NCBI RefSeq assembly: GCF_041886205.1
Contig: NZ_CP169029.1
Source: Escherichia coli
GTDB lineage: Bacteria; Pseudomonadota; Gammaproteobacteria; Enterobacterales; Enterobacteriaceae
Strand: one strand, 5' to 3'
Length of the DNA: 64,000 nt
Shown: piece after piece, positions 32,239 to 42,388 of the stretch
Layout: every line of letters starts with the position of its first letter
How positions within the stretch are numbered: position 1 is the first letter of the stretch
The notes under the pieces: model-generated
The model's input: the letters and a program-made list of their open reading frames with translations, nothing else
Database searches by the model: none
What the model was told of the DNA's origin: nothing
Made by a program: the position numbers and the translations under genes

Positions 32239-34176
32239 TCAGTAACGACGTCCCCATTCCGTGGCGCTCATCAACGTCGGTTTATCCCCCATGAAATAGC
32301 GGTAGTAAGCGTCATAAGCCAGCACGTTCTTCACATAACCGCGCGTCTCGGAGAACGGAATACTCTCGACAAATGCCACAGCGTCGATACGCCCGGCGCT
32401 GTTGCCAAGCCAGGTTCGCACCCGTCCAGGTCCGGCGTTATAAGCTGCTGAGGAGAAAATACGGTTATTGCCAAACTGCTGATAAACATATTGCAGGTAA
32501 CTGGTGCCAATGTTGATATTCGTTTCCGGATCCAGCAATTGCCCAGGGCTGCTATAACCAGGAATAGAGAACATCTTCACCGTATGGGTCGCTGTACCAG
32601 GCATAATCTGCATCAGGCCGCTGGCCCCTACCGGTGATTTCACTTTCGGATTCCAGGCGCTCTCCTGACGGGCAATCGCCATCACATAGCTTTGCGGGAT
32701 CTCTTTCCCACTGGTGTAACGTTTGAAAAGATCGTTGTAAGCCAGCGGGAATCGCTCTTCCAGATGATCCCAAAGCTTCCCGGCGATCGTTGCCTGAACG
32801 CTAAGATCCCACCATTGGTTATTGAAAGCATACCGAGCCAGTTGAGCCTGCTCTGTTTTTGACTTGCTCTTCACCAGATTGGCCCACTCGCTACGCGCGG
32901 TGTTATCAAGATTCCAGTACATCAACTCGCGCACGCGCGCCATCTCCGGCCCCTGAGTCAGGGCGCTGTCAACATTCTGCGGCGCTTTATCAATCTTCAG
33001 CTCATACTCTTCTCCGATGCGTTGTGCTGCAACCATCGGGTAGAAACCACGCTGTTGCATGAGTTGATGCAAAATCTCTTTCGCTTCAGCTTCACGTCCG
33101 CGTTCCAGCAATAAATCCGCCTGCCAGTAACGCCATTCATCTTTCTCTTTTGCTTCCATCGGCAGACGCGCCAGCCAGGTATTCAGGCCGCGACGATCGC
33201 CGGTGCCAAGTGCCATTCGCACACGGCGTTCAATCAACGACGTGGATTGCGAGCGCATAATGGCGTCATCGCGCCATTTCGCCTGCTCGTCGGTGACATC
33301 GTTGCCCATCAAACGCCAGGCGACGATATCGCGCAGCTCCTGAATATGATCTTCATTAAGCTGCTGCGCCTGGGCAAGCGACGGGATCATCAGCCGTGCA
33401 TTTTCAGCATCCTGCCGCGCCACACTGGCAAACGCCACCGCCGCCATTTGACGGGTAAAATCGGTCGCTCCGGTTGTACGCGCGAAGGTCAGTACCGTAT
33501 TAGGGTTGTTCGCCAGTGAAATGATTGCCGAGGCGATAGTCTGGTAATCGGCAGGCATCTGCCCTGCCAGCACTGTTACCAGGCCAGTGTTACCCGCTTT
33601 CATCGCCAGACGGATACGCTCTAAATAAGCCAGCGGATCTTGTTTACCTGACGCACGCCAGACGCTAAATAACTTGTCACAGGCGTTAGGCTGGCTCTTG
33701 CCGGTTAGCCACAGCTCTTTCGCCCCTTGCCAGGCTTCTTCACTCTGCCCGGTGTTCCATTTCGCATAGTAGTAATTACATTGCGCTTCGGTAGTTCCGG
33801 GCTTTTCCGGGCTAAAGGCTAACAAGCCACGCCAGTCTTCACGCCGCGCCAGTTCATTGACGAAACGAGATTGCAGCGTGCGAGCGGGAGGAAGCGTGGG
33901 GTTAGCGCGAACAAAGTTAGTGACCGTCACCGCCGGTTGATTCATCAGATCATCGGTGATCTGGCGGTATTCCAGGTAGGGATAAAGCGGATAATCCTTC
34001 AGTCCAGGCATCATTTGTTCGACCACATCCATTTGTCGATTATCCCAGGCCTGCTTGATTTGCGCGTAACGGCTACGCTGCTCATCCAGTGAGTCGGCTC
34101 GCGCCACGCTGCTGACCGTCAGCAGACAGACACCGGCAGCCAACAGCCGCCAGGTAACTTGTTTGGCTTTTTCCAC
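32239..34176 (-). CDS. slt: Soluble lytic murein transglycosylase Slt70
   Basis: ...EKAKQVTWRLLAAGVCLLTVSSVARADSLDEQRSRYAQIKQAWDNRQ...; start set at GTG 34176 by comparison with the known N-terminus (track ORF begins 34206). Confidence 0.93.
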   Translation of the reverse strand: MEKAKQVTWRLLAAGVCLLTVSSVARADSLDEQRSRYAQIKQAWDNRQMDVVEQMMPGLKDYPLYPYLEYRQITDDLMNQPAVTVTNFVRANPTLPPARTLQSRFVNELARREDWRGLLAFSPEKPGTTEAQCNYYYAKWNTGQSEEAWQGAKELWLTGKSQPNACDKLFSVWRASGKQDPLAYLERIRLAMKAGNTGLVTVLAGQMPADYQTIASAIISLANNPNTVLTFARTTGATDFTRQMAAVAFASVARQDAENARLMIPSLAQAQQLNEDHIQELRDIVAWRLMGNDVTDEQAKWRDDAIMRSQSTSLIERRVRMALGTGDRRGLNTWLARLPMEAKEKDEWRYWQADLLLERGREAEAKEILHQLMQQRGFYPMVAAQRIGEEYELKIDKAPQNVDSALTQGPEMARVRELMYWNLDNTARSEWANLVKSKSKTEQAQLARYAFNNQWWDLSVQATIAGKLWDHLEERFPLAYNDLFKRYTSGKEIPQSYVMAIARQESAWNPKVKSPVGASGLMQIMPGTATHTVKMFSIPGYSSPGQLLDPETNINIGTSYLQYVYQQFGNNRIFSSAAYNAGPGRVRTWLGNSAGRIDAVAFVESIPFSETRGYVKNVLAYDAYYRYFMGDKPTLMSATEWGRRY

Positions 34177-34511
34177 AAGCGCATCCTCTAAGTGTAAATA
34201 CATCAATGCAGCGTCATGCCGCGTAATAGATTTATGCTAACCAGTCATTGCCGTTTACGCCACGTTACGGACACTTTTTTACTTTTATACTCTAAATAAT
34301 TCGAGTTGCAGGAAGGCGATAAGTGAGTGAGTCCCCAGGAGCTTACAGAAGTAAGTGACTGGGGTGAGCGAGCGTAAGCGCAGCACATGCAACTTGAAGT
34401 ATGACGAGTATACTGCGAGGGTGATCGACCGGCTGGGATTAGATAAGGAAACAGGCTACACTTCGCCTTTGAAAACTCATCATCACGATAAACATAGAGG
34501 CGAAGTCCAAC

Positions 34512-36179
34512 GTGGCTCAATTCGTTTATACCATGCATCGTGTCGGCAAAGTTGTTCCGCCGAAACGTCATATTTTGAAAAACATCTCTCTGAGTTTCTT
34601 CCCTGGGGCAAAAATTGGTGTCCTGGGTCTGAACGGCGCGGGTAAGTCTACCCTGCTGCGCATTATGGCGGGCATTGATAAAGACATCGAAGGTGAAGCA
34701 CGTCCGCAGCCAGACATCAAGATTGGTTATCTGCCGCAGGAACCGCAGCTGAACCCGGAACACACCGTGCGTGAGTCCATTGAAGAAGCGGTTTCTGAAG
34801 TGGTTAACGCCCTGAAACGCCTGGATGAAGTGTATGCGCTGTACGCCGATCCGGATGCCGATTTTGACAAGCTGGCCGCTGAACAAGGCCGTCTGGAAGA
34901 GATCATTCAGGCTCACGACGGTCATAACCTGAACGTACAGCTGGAGCGTGCGGCGGATGCGCTGCGTCTGCCAGATTGGGACGCGAAAATCGCTAACCTC
35001 TCCGGTGGTGAGCGTCGTCGCGTGGCGTTGTGCCGCCTGCTGCTGGAAAAACCAGACATGCTGCTGCTCGACGAACCGACCAACCACCTGGATGCCGAAT
35101 CCGTGGCGTGGCTGGAACGCTTCCTGCACGACTTCGAAGGCACCGTGGTGGCGATTACTCACGACCGTTACTTCCTCGATAACGTTGCAGGCTGGATCCT
35201 CGAACTGGACCGCGGTGAAGGTATTCCGTGGGAAGGTAACTACTCCTCCTGGCTGGAGCAGAAAGATCAGCGTCTGGCGCAGGAAGCTTCACAAGAAGCG
35301 GCGCGTCGTAAGTCGATCGAGAAAGAGCTGGAGTGGGTACGTCAGGGAACTAAAGGCCGCCAGTCGAAAGGTAAAGCACGTCTGGCACGCTTTGAAGAGC
35401 TGAACAGCACCGAATATCAGAAACGTAACGAAACCAACGAACTGTTTATTCCACCTGGACCGCGTCTGGGCGATAAAGTGCTGGAAGTCAGCAACCTGCG
35501 TAAATCCTACGGTGATCGCCTGCTGATTGATGACCTGAGCTTCTCGATCCCGAAAGGGGCAATCGTCGGGATCATCGGTCCGAACGGCGCGGGTAAATCG
35601 ACCCTGTTCCGTATGATCTCTGGTCAGGAACAGCCGGACAGCGGCACCATCACTTTAGGTGAAACGGTGAAACTGGCATCGGTTGATCAGTTCCGTGACT
35701 CAATGGATAACAGCAAAACCGTTTGGGAAGAAGTTTCCGGCGGGCTGGATATTATGAAGATCGGCAACACCGAGATGCCAAGCCGCGCCTACGTTGGCCG
35801 CTTTAACTTTAAAGGGGTTGATCAGGGTAAACGCGTTGGTGAACTTTCCGGTGGTGAGCGCGGTCGTCTGCATCTGGCGAAGCTGCTGCAGGTTGGCGGC
35901 AACATGCTGCTGCTCGACGAACCAACCAACGACCTGGATATCGAAACCCTGCGCGCGCTGGAAAACGCCCTGCTGGAGTTCCCGGGCTGCGCGATGGTTA
36001 TCTCGCACGACCGTTGGTTCCTCGACCGTATCGCCACGCACATTCTGGACTACCAGGATGAAGGTAAAGTTGAGTTCTTCGAAGGTAACTTTACCGAGTA
36101 CGAAGAGTACAAAAAACGCACGCTGGGCGCAGACGCGCTGGAGCCGAAGCGTATCAAGTACAAGCGTATTGCGAAGTAA
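34512..36179 (+). CDS. ettA: Energy-dependent translational throttle EttA (YjjK), ABC-F ATPase
   Basis: 555-aa MAQFVYTMHRVGKVVPPKRHILKNISLSFFPGAKIGVLGLNGAGKSTLLRIMAG..., two Walker A/ABC signature sets. Confidence 0.98.
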   Translation: MAQFVYTMHRVGKVVPPKRHILKNISLSFFPGAKIGVLGLNGAGKSTLLRIMAGIDKDIEGEARPQPDIKIGYLPQEPQLNPEHTVRESIEEAVSEVVNALKRLDEVYALYADPDADFDKLAAEQGRLEEIIQAHDGHNLNVQLERAADALRLPDWDAKIANLSGGERRRVALCRLLLEKPDMLLLDEPTNHLDAESVAWLERFLHDFEGTVVAITHDRYFLDNVAGWILELDRGEGIPWEGNYSSWLEQKDQRLAQEASQEAARRKSIEKELEWVRQGTKGRQSKGKARLARFEELNSTEYQKRNETNELFIPPGPRLGDKVLEVSNLRKSYGDRLLIDDLSFSIPKGAIVGIIGPNGAGKSTLFRMISGQEQPDSGTITLGETVKLASVDQFRDSMDNSKTVWEEVSGGLDIMKIGNTEMPSRAYVGRFNFKGVDQGKRVGELSGGERGRLHLAKLLQVGGNMLLLDEPTNDLDIETLRALENALLEFPGCAMVISHDRWFLDRIATHILDYQDEGKVEFFEGNFTEYEEYKKRTLGADALEPKRIKYKRIAK

Positions 36180-36186
36180 TGCGTAA

Positions 36187-36350
36187 AATGCCGGATGCGG
36201 CGCGAACGCCTTATCCGGCCTACAAAACCAGCAATTTCAATACGTTGTAAAACTGTAGGCCTGATAAGACGCGGTAAGCGTCGCATCAGGCATTGAGCAC
36301 CGAATGCCGGATACGGCGTGAACGCCTTTTCCGGCCTACAACAGCCTTAG
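36187..36350. repeat. REP cluster (BIME-like) downstream of ettA
   Basis: Three REP units: gccggatgcggcgcgaacgccttatccggcctac, gtaggcctgataagacgcggtaagcgtcgcatcaggc, gccggatacggcgtgaacgccttttccggcctac. Confidence 0.85.
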
Positions 36351-36486
36351 TATCCGCAATTTCGTAGCGGGTCACCCGTGCTGATTCTTTTAAACCTTGT
36401 TTAATCTCGACAGCCTCTTCCAGAGAGGTTTTCAACTCATCAAAAAAACTCATTTTATACCTCGCCTTTGAGCAGTTTCGTCACGG

Positions 36487-37719
36487 TTACCTCTGCTCCC
36501 CCATCATCTCCCGCACCAGCTCCACGCAGCGCAGGAAACGGCTGTCATAATCGTCCTCTTCAACCCGCACGAATTCGATATTGTTCTCTTCCAGCATCTC
36601 CACCAGCAAGTTCTGGAACTCTTTGCGATCCACCGAACTGCCGAGACTGCGTAAACCATCCGCCACCCACGGCGTGTTGTTCTCCAGCAGGATCACCAGA
36701 TCGAAACGGTATTCATCAATCAGCGCCTGCACGAACGGATGCTCACGCCCTTCGTACTTTTTGCAGAACGCCTGGGTAGTGACAAAATCAGTGTCAATAA
36801 ACGCCACTTTATTGGCGTATTTCACTGCAAAATCAATGTATTGTGCGTGGCCCAGCGCGATTTTATCGTAATCGGAATACTGCAATGCGATCTCATCACC
36901 GCCGAGGTGTGAAAAGACATAATCGCGACCATATTCCCACGCACTGGTGGTATTGAAGATATTGGCAAGTTTGTTTACCAGGGTGGATTTACCGCTCGAC
37001 TCGCCGCCAAGGATCGCCACGGTACGCACAAAGAAAGGCTTCACTTCCGTAGGAATATATTCCCAGTAGCGGAACGGGTTTTCGCGGATCTGCGCACCGC
37101 TGATACTCATAAAGGTACGCTTCGGATCGACCAGCACCGTCTCGATCCCCAGATGTTCCATATACTGTGACGCATCGGCTTCTTCCGAGGTGTAGATCAG
37201 ATCCGGCAGGATCCCCTTTTCAGCCATAAACTTTTTGATGCCGTTGCTCCACACATCCCAGCCGTGTGGATACGGCTCCATGCCCTCTTCGTTGAAGGCA
37301 TGAATGCGAATATTTTTCTGATATTTAAAGGTTTGTAATAACCAGCGCAAACGATCCGGCACCGTGGGCTGCTGCGACATGGCACTGTCTTCGAACAACG
37401 CGCGGTCACGGGTATCGTCAAAACCCATAATGATATGCAGCTCGTCAACCTGACTACAGGCGCGCTGGATAAGGTAGATATGTCCGGTATGCAGCGGGTA
37501 AAACTTACCGAATACGATGCCGATCGTTTTCTTCTGCCGGGGAAATTCAAGCCCCAAAAAACGGTGCAATGCCTCCAGCTTTTGTGCGCTGGGGCTTTTA
37601 ATTTTGGCGTTCAGTAACTGGCTTAAATACCCTTTGGTCATACCGCTGGCATCAGCTACCTGCTGTAGCGTGCAGCCCTGTTGCTTGATGGCAGTTTTCA
37701 GGTAATCAAATGACGACAT
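36487..37719 (-). CDS. nadR: NadR: NMN adenylyltransferase / ribosylnicotinamide kinase / transcriptional regulator
   Basis: MSSFDYLKTAIKQQGCTLQQVADASGMTKGYLSQLLNAKIKSPSAQKLEALHRFLGLEFPRQKKTIGIVFGKFYPLHTGH...; track ORF 36487..37740 has a 7-codon extension. Confidence 0.95.
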   Translation of the reverse strand: MSSFDYLKTAIKQQGCTLQQVADASGMTKGYLSQLLNAKIKSPSAQKLEALHRFLGLEFPRQKKTIGIVFGKFYPLHTGHIYLIQRACSQVDELHIIMGFDDTRDRALFEDSAMSQQPTVPDRLRWLLQTFKYQKNIRIHAFNEEGMEPYPHGWDVWSNGIKKFMAEKGILPDLIYTSEEADASQYMEHLGIETVLVDPKRTFMSISGAQIRENPFRYWEYIPTEVKPFFVRTVAILGGESSGKSTLVNKLANIFNTTSAWEYGRDYVFSHLGGDEIALQYSDYDKIALGHAQYIDFAVKYANKVAFIDTDFVTTQAFCKKYEGREHPFVQALIDEYRFDLVILLENNTPWVADGLRSLGSSVDRKEFQNLLVEMLEENNIEFVRVEEDDYDSRFLRCVELVREMMGEQR

Positions 37720-37739
37720 ATCTCCCTCCGTATCTCTCA

Positions 37740-39122
37740 TTATAAGTCGTCGAACACGCTAAGCGCGTCGGAGAGTTTTTTAACGCCAAAAATCTGCATC
37801 CCTTCCGGCGCTTTTTTCGGCACATTAGCCGCCGGAACAATCGCCCGGCGAAAACCGTGTTTCGCCGCTTCAGAGATTCGTTCCTGACCGCTGGGCACCG
37901 GGCGGATCTCCCCTGCCAGCCCGACTTCACCAAACACCACCAGATCCTGCGGCAGCGGTCTGTCGCGCAGGCTGGAAACCATCGCCAGCAGTAACGCTAA
38001 GTCGGCACTGGTTTCGGTTACCTTCACGCCGCCGACCACGTTCACAAACACATCCTGATCGGCCATTTGCAGACCACCGTGACGGTGCAACACAGCCAGC
38101 AGGATTGCCAGACGGTTTTGTTCCAGCCCCACTGCCACGCGGCGTGGGTTCGCCATCATCGAGTGATCGACCAGCGCCTGAATCTCCACCAGCAGTGGAC
38201 GCGTTCCTTCCCATACCACCATCACTGAGCTACCGGAGGTCACTTCATCGCCGCGACTTAAGAAAATTGCCGAAGGGTTGCTGACTTCACGCAGCCCCTG
38301 TTCGGTCATCGCGAATACGCCCAGCTCATTCACCGCGCCGAAGCGGTTTTTATGGCTGCGTAAAGTGCGAAAACGGGAGTCGGCATCACCATCCAAAAGC
38401 ACCGAACAGTCGATACAGTGTTCCAGCACTTTAGGGCCAGCCAGTGAGCCATCTTTGGTTACGTGCCCAACCATGACAATCGCCACACCGCGCGTTTTGG
38501 CGAAGCGCGTCAGATAAGCCGCTGTTTCACGCACCTGCGCCACGCTGCCTGGCGATGATTGTACATCCGCCATATGCATCACCTGGATCGAGTCAATTAC
38601 CATCAGCTTCGGTTGCTCTTCTTCGGCAATCAGGCAGATCTGTTCGATGCTGGTTTCCGACAACATATTGAGATTGTCAGTCGGCAGGCCAAGGCGATGA
38701 GCGCGCATTGCCACCTGTTGCAGCGACTCTTCGCCAGTGACATACAGCGTTTTCATCTGCTGGGCCAGTTTGCACAGCGTTTGCAGCAACAGCGTGGATT
38801 TCCCGGCACCTGGGTTACCGCCAATCAGAATGGCGCTTCCCGGCACCACACCGCCGCCTAGTACGCGGTCGAACTCTTTAAATCCGGTGGAAAAACGCGG
38901 CAGCTCTTCAAGGCTGATATCGGAAAGTTTCTGGACTTTTGCCACCCCTGCGCTACCGGCATAGCCACTGAGACGCTCGTTACGCGCCACCGTTGGCGAC
39001 GCTGCAAGACGCACCTCGGTGATGGTGTTCCAGGCATGACAGGCGCTGCACTGCCCCTGCCAGCGCGGATAATCGGCCCCGCATTCATTACAAACAAAGG
39101 CGCGTTTTGGAGCTTTTGCCAC
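37740..39122 (-). CDS. radA: DNA repair protein RadA (Sms)
   Basis: ...AKAPKRAFVCNECGADYPRWQGQCSACHAWNTITEVRL..., Walker A GNPGAGKST; start placed at GTG 39122 by comparison with the known N-terminus (track ORF begins 39170). Confidence 0.93.
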   Translation of the reverse strand: MAKAPKRAFVCNECGADYPRWQGQCSACHAWNTITEVRLAASPTVARNERLSGYAGSAGVAKVQKLSDISLEELPRFSTGFKEFDRVLGGGVVPGSAILIGGNPGAGKSTLLLQTLCKLAQQMKTLYVTGEESLQQVAMRAHRLGLPTDNLNMLSETSIEQICLIAEEEQPKLMVIDSIQVMHMADVQSSPGSVAQVRETAAYLTRFAKTRGVAIVMVGHVTKDGSLAGPKVLEHCIDCSVLLDGDADSRFRTLRSHKNRFGAVNELGVFAMTEQGLREVSNPSAIFLSRGDEVTSGSSVMVVWEGTRPLLVEIQALVDHSMMANPRRVAVGLEQNRLAILLAVLHRHGGLQMADQDVFVNVVGGVKVTETSADLALLLAMVSSLRDRPLPQDLVVFGEVGLAGEIRPVPSGQERISEAAKHGFRRAIVPAANVPKKAPEGMQIFGVKKLSDALSVFDDL

Positions 39123-39170
39123 GGTGTACCTCGTTAATGCTATGCCGCCCGCAGGATGACGGGCGAGCAA

Positions 39171-40139
39171 TTACTTCTGATTCAGGCTGCCAGAGAGGAT
39201 GCAGAATACCCCCATCAGGTCAGCGTGACGGATGGTGACTTCCGTCTTTTCATTCACTTTTGGCTTGGCATGGTAGGCAATCCCCAGCCCTGCCGCTTTG
39301 ATCATCGGCAGGTCATTGGCTCCATCGCCAATCGCCACGGTCTGCGCCAGCGGGATTTCATACTCCTGCGCGAGGCGCGTCAGGGTTTTCGCTTTATATT
39401 GCGCGTCTACGATGTCGCCGATCACATTGCCGGTAAATTTACCGTCCATGATCTCCAGTTCATTGGCTACCACGGCGGTCAGGCGCAGCTTGTCGCGCAG
39501 GTATTCAGCAAAGAAAGTAAAGCCGCCGGAGGCAATCGCCACTTTCCAGCCCAGCGTTTCCAGCTTGAGCACCAGTTGCGTTAAGCCTGGCATCAGCGGC
39601 AGATTTTCACGCACCTGTTGCAGAATATTGGCGTCAGCGCCTTTCAGCGTCGCCACGCGGCTGCGCAGGCTGGCGGTAAAATCGAGTTCGCCGCGCATCG
39701 CCCGTTCGGTTACTTCCGCCACCATCTCGCCCGTTCCGGCCAGTTTGGCAATTTCATCAATACATTCAATCTGGATGGCGGTGGAGTCCATATCCATCAC
39801 CAGCAAACCCGGCGTGCGCAGATGCGGGATTTTCCCCAGCGGCGCGACATCCAGTTGCGCTTCATGGGCCAGGCGCGTAGCCCGCGCGGTGAGTGAACCT
39901 GCCAGACGAATCACCTGATAATCTTCCACGCACCAGGCGGCAACAATCACCATCGCCGCGCCCAGTTTGCTCTGGTATTGGGTCAGACGTTGTTTATCCA
40001 GCCCACGACCATACAGCAGCCAGCCGCTACGACCTGCGTGGTAATCCAGTGGCATCACTTCATCACCACTTAATGAAAGAGGCAGACCCGGCCATAAAGA
40101 GACATCTTCAGGCAGGTCGCACCAGGTAATGTTAGGCAT
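39171..40139 (-). CDS. serB: Phosphoserine phosphatase SerB
   Basis: MPNITWCDLPEDVSLWPGLPLSLSGDEVMPLDYHAGRSGWLLYGRGLDKQ..., DMDST HAD motif; track ORF 39171..40277 has a 46-codon extension. Confidence 0.95.
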   Translation of the reverse strand: MPNITWCDLPEDVSLWPGLPLSLSGDEVMPLDYHAGRSGWLLYGRGLDKQRLTQYQSKLGAAMVIVAAWCVEDYQVIRLAGSLTARATRLAHEAQLDVAPLGKIPHLRTPGLLVMDMDSTAIQIECIDEIAKLAGTGEMVAEVTERAMRGELDFTASLRSRVATLKGADANILQQVRENLPLMPGLTQLVLKLETLGWKVAIASGGFTFFAEYLRDKLRLTAVVANELEIMDGKFTGNVIGDIVDAQYKAKTLTRLAQEYEIPLAQTVAIGDGANDLPMIKAAGLGIAYHAKPKVNEKTEVTIRHADLMGVFCILSGSLNQK

Positions 40140-40244
40140 TAAGGCTCCTGTAAAATCGTTCGAAGCAGGGAAAATAACGCATGAGGCTACCTTGTATCCA
40201 TTGCTTCTGGCAACATTAAGTCTCAAATTTTCAAAGGGTGGAAG

Positions 40245-40889
40245 ATGGCTCGCACAAAACTGAAATTCCGGCTGCATCGGGCAGTGATTGTCCTGTTCTG
40301 TCTTGCCTTGTTAGTGGCGCTGATGCAGGGGGCGTCATGGTTTAGTCAAAACCACCAGCGACAGCGTAATCCACAGCTGGAAGAACTGGCCCGCACCCTG
40401 GCGCGTCAGGTGACGCTGAACGTTGCACCGCTGATGCGTACCGACTCACCGGATGAAAAACGCATTCAGGCGATCCTCGATCAGTTAACGGATGAAAGCC
40501 GTATCCTCGACGCGGGCGTGTATGACGAACAAGGCGATCTTATCGCCCGTTCTGGCGAAAGCGTCGAAGTGCGCGACCGGCTGGCGCTCGACGGTAAAAA
40601 AGCGGGCGGTTATTTTAACCAGCAGATTGTCGAGCCAATTGCGGGGAAAAACGGACCGCTCGGCTATCTACGCCTGACGCTCGACACTCACACGCTCGCC
40701 ACCGAAGCCCAACAGGTGGATAACACCACTAACATTTTACGCCTGATGTTGCTGCTCTCGCTTGCAATCGGCGTAGTGCTGACCCGCACGCTGCTACAGG
40801 GTAAACGTACCCGCTGGCAGCAATCGCCCTTCCTGTTAACCGCCAGCAAACCGGTGCCGGAAGAGGAAGAAAGCGAGAAAAAAGAGTGA
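40245..40889 (+). CDS. ytjB: Smp (YtjB) membrane protein
   Basis: 214-aa MARTKLKFRLHRAVIVLFCLALLVALMQGASWFSQNHQRQRNPQLEELARTLARQVTLNV... Confidence 0.9.
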   Translation: MARTKLKFRLHRAVIVLFCLALLVALMQGASWFSQNHQRQRNPQLEELARTLARQVTLNVAPLMRTDSPDEKRIQAILDQLTDESRILDAGVYDEQGDLIARSGESVEVRDRLALDGKKAGGYFNQQIVEPIAGKNGPLGYLRLTLDTHTLATEAQQVDNTTNILRLMLLLSLAIGVVLTRTLLQGKRTRWQQSPFLLTASKPVPEEEESEKKE

Positions 40890-40916
40890 CCCATTACTAC
40901 AAGAAAGGAAATCGTT

Positions 40917-41933
40917 ATGTCCACATTACGCCTGCTCATCTCTGACTCTTACGACCCGTGGTTTAACCTGGCGGTGGAGGAGTGTATTTTTCGCCAGATG
41001 CCCGCCACGCAGCGCGTTCTGTTTCTCTGGCGCAATGCCGACACGGTAGTGATTGGTCGCGCGCAGAACCCGTGGAAAGAGTGTAATACCCGGCGGATGG
41101 AAGAAGATAACGTCCGCATGGCGCGGCGCAGTAGCGGTGGCGGCGCGGTGTTCCACGATCTCGGCAATACCTGCTTTACCTTTATGGCTGGCAAGCCGGA
41201 GTACGATAAAACCATCTCCACGTCGATTGTGCTCAATGCGCTGAACGCGCTTGGCGTCAGCGCCGAAGCGTCCGGACGTAACGATCTGGTGGTGAAAACC
41301 GTCGAAGGCGACCGCAAAGTCTCAGGCTCGGCCTATCGCGAAACCAAAGATCGTGGCTTCCACCACGGCACTTTGCTGCTCAATGCCGACCTTAGCCGCC
41401 TGGCAAACTATCTCAATCCGGATAAAAAGAAACTGGCGGCGAAAGGCATTACGTCGGTACGTTCCCGCGTGACCAACCTCACCGAGCTGTTGCCGGGGAT
41501 CACCCATGAGCAGGTTTGCGAGGCCATAACCGAGGCCTTTTTCGCTCATTATGGCGAGCGTGTAGAAGCGGAAATCATCTCCCCGGACAAAACGCCAGAC
41601 TTGCCGAACTTCGCCGAAACCTTTGCCCGCCAGAGTAGCTGGGAATGGAACTTCGGTCAGGCTCCGGCATTCTCGCATCTGCTGGATGAACGCTTTACCT
41701 GGGGCGGCGTGGAACTGCATTTCGACGTTGAAAAAGGCCATATCACCCGCGCCCAGGTGTTTACCGATAGCCTCAACCCCGCGCCGCTGGAAGCCCTCGC
41801 CGGACGACTGCAAGGCTGCCTGTACCGCGCAGATATGCTGCAACAAGAGTGCGAAGCGCTGTTGGTTGACTTCCCGGAACAGGAAAAAGAGCTACGGGAG
41901 TTGTCGACGTGGATAGCGGGGGCGGTGCGGTAA
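40917..41933 (+). CDS. lplA: Lipoate-protein ligase A
   Basis: 338-aa [64 protein letters not shown]... Confidence 0.97.
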   Translation: MSTLRLLISDSYDPWFNLAVEECIFRQMPATQRVLFLWRNADTVVIGRAQNPWKECNTRRMEEDNVRMARRSSGGGAVFHDLGNTCFTFMAGKPEYDKTISTSIVLNALNALGVSAEASGRNDLVVKTVEGDRKVSGSAYRETKDRGFHHGTLLLNADLSRLANYLNPDKKKLAAKGITSVRSRVTNLTELLPGITHEQVCEAITEAFFAHYGERVEAEIISPDKTPDLPNFAETFARQSSWEWNFGQAPAFSHLLDERFTWGGVELHFDVEKGHITRAQVFTDSLNPAPLEALAGRLQGCLYRADMLQQECEALLVDFPEQEKELRELSTWIAGAVR

Positions 41934-41964
41934 CTCGCTGATTAAAATATCCAAGGAAGGAAAT

Positions 41965-42228
41965 ATGATCGATCTGGAGAACCAGGAACGGGAGATTATC
42001 AATTTAATGTTCAGCCAGGGTATATCCTGGCTAGCCGCCGTGCGTATCAGGCATAAATTATCGCTTGCTGAAGTAAGTAAAATGTTAGGTATCTCGATTA
42101 ATTCTCTAAAACAGATCGAAAAGACGGAACGGCTTAGCTCAAACATCAAAAGCAAAATGGCAGAAATTTATGGTTGTCCATCAGAGTTGCTGATATGCCC
42201 TTCCTGGATGACGGCTGAACATAAATGA
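41965..42228 (+). CDS. Small XRE-like helix-turn-helix protein occupying the position of yjjJ (possibly a remnant or replacement gene)
   Basis: 87-aa MIDLENQEREIINLMFSQGISWLAAVRIRHKLSLAEVSKMLGISINSLKQIEKTERL...; AGGAAGG RBS upstream; HTH-like LSLAEVSKMLGISINSLKQIE. Confidence 0.5.
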   Translation: MIDLENQEREIINLMFSQGISWLAAVRIRHKLSLAEVSKMLGISINSLKQIEKTERLSSNIKSKMAEIYGCPSELLICPSWMTAEHK

Positions 42229-42326
42229 ATAGATTCGTGAATAGATACTTGAATGGATTTTATTTTCTATCCATATGAAAAATAATAGTAAATCTATAAA
42301 TCAGTTGCTATTGATGAATAGATACT
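42226..42326. repeat. Three direct copies of TGAATAGAT(ACT) in the AT-rich spacer before deoD
   Basis: tgaatagat at 42226-42234, tgaatagatact at 42238-42249 and 42315-42326. Confidence 0.6.
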
Positions 42327-42356
42327 AAAAAGCCGGAGCAGTCTCCCACTCCGGCT
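42322..42356 (-). terminator. Intrinsic terminator after deoD
   Basis: gccggag-cagtctcccact-ctccggc hairpin followed by TTTTT on the minus strand, about 30 nt past the deoD stop. Confidence 0.8.
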
Positions 42357-42388
42357 TCACACGACAATCGCCTTTCAGCGAAACACAA

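Noticed and set aside
36187-36350. Possible CRISPR-like repeat array
   Set aside because: The repeated units here and at 17641, 31741, 45797, 49313 and 57138 are REP/BIME palindromes with the gccggatg...cctac signature; there are no regularly spaced unique spacers or cas genes.
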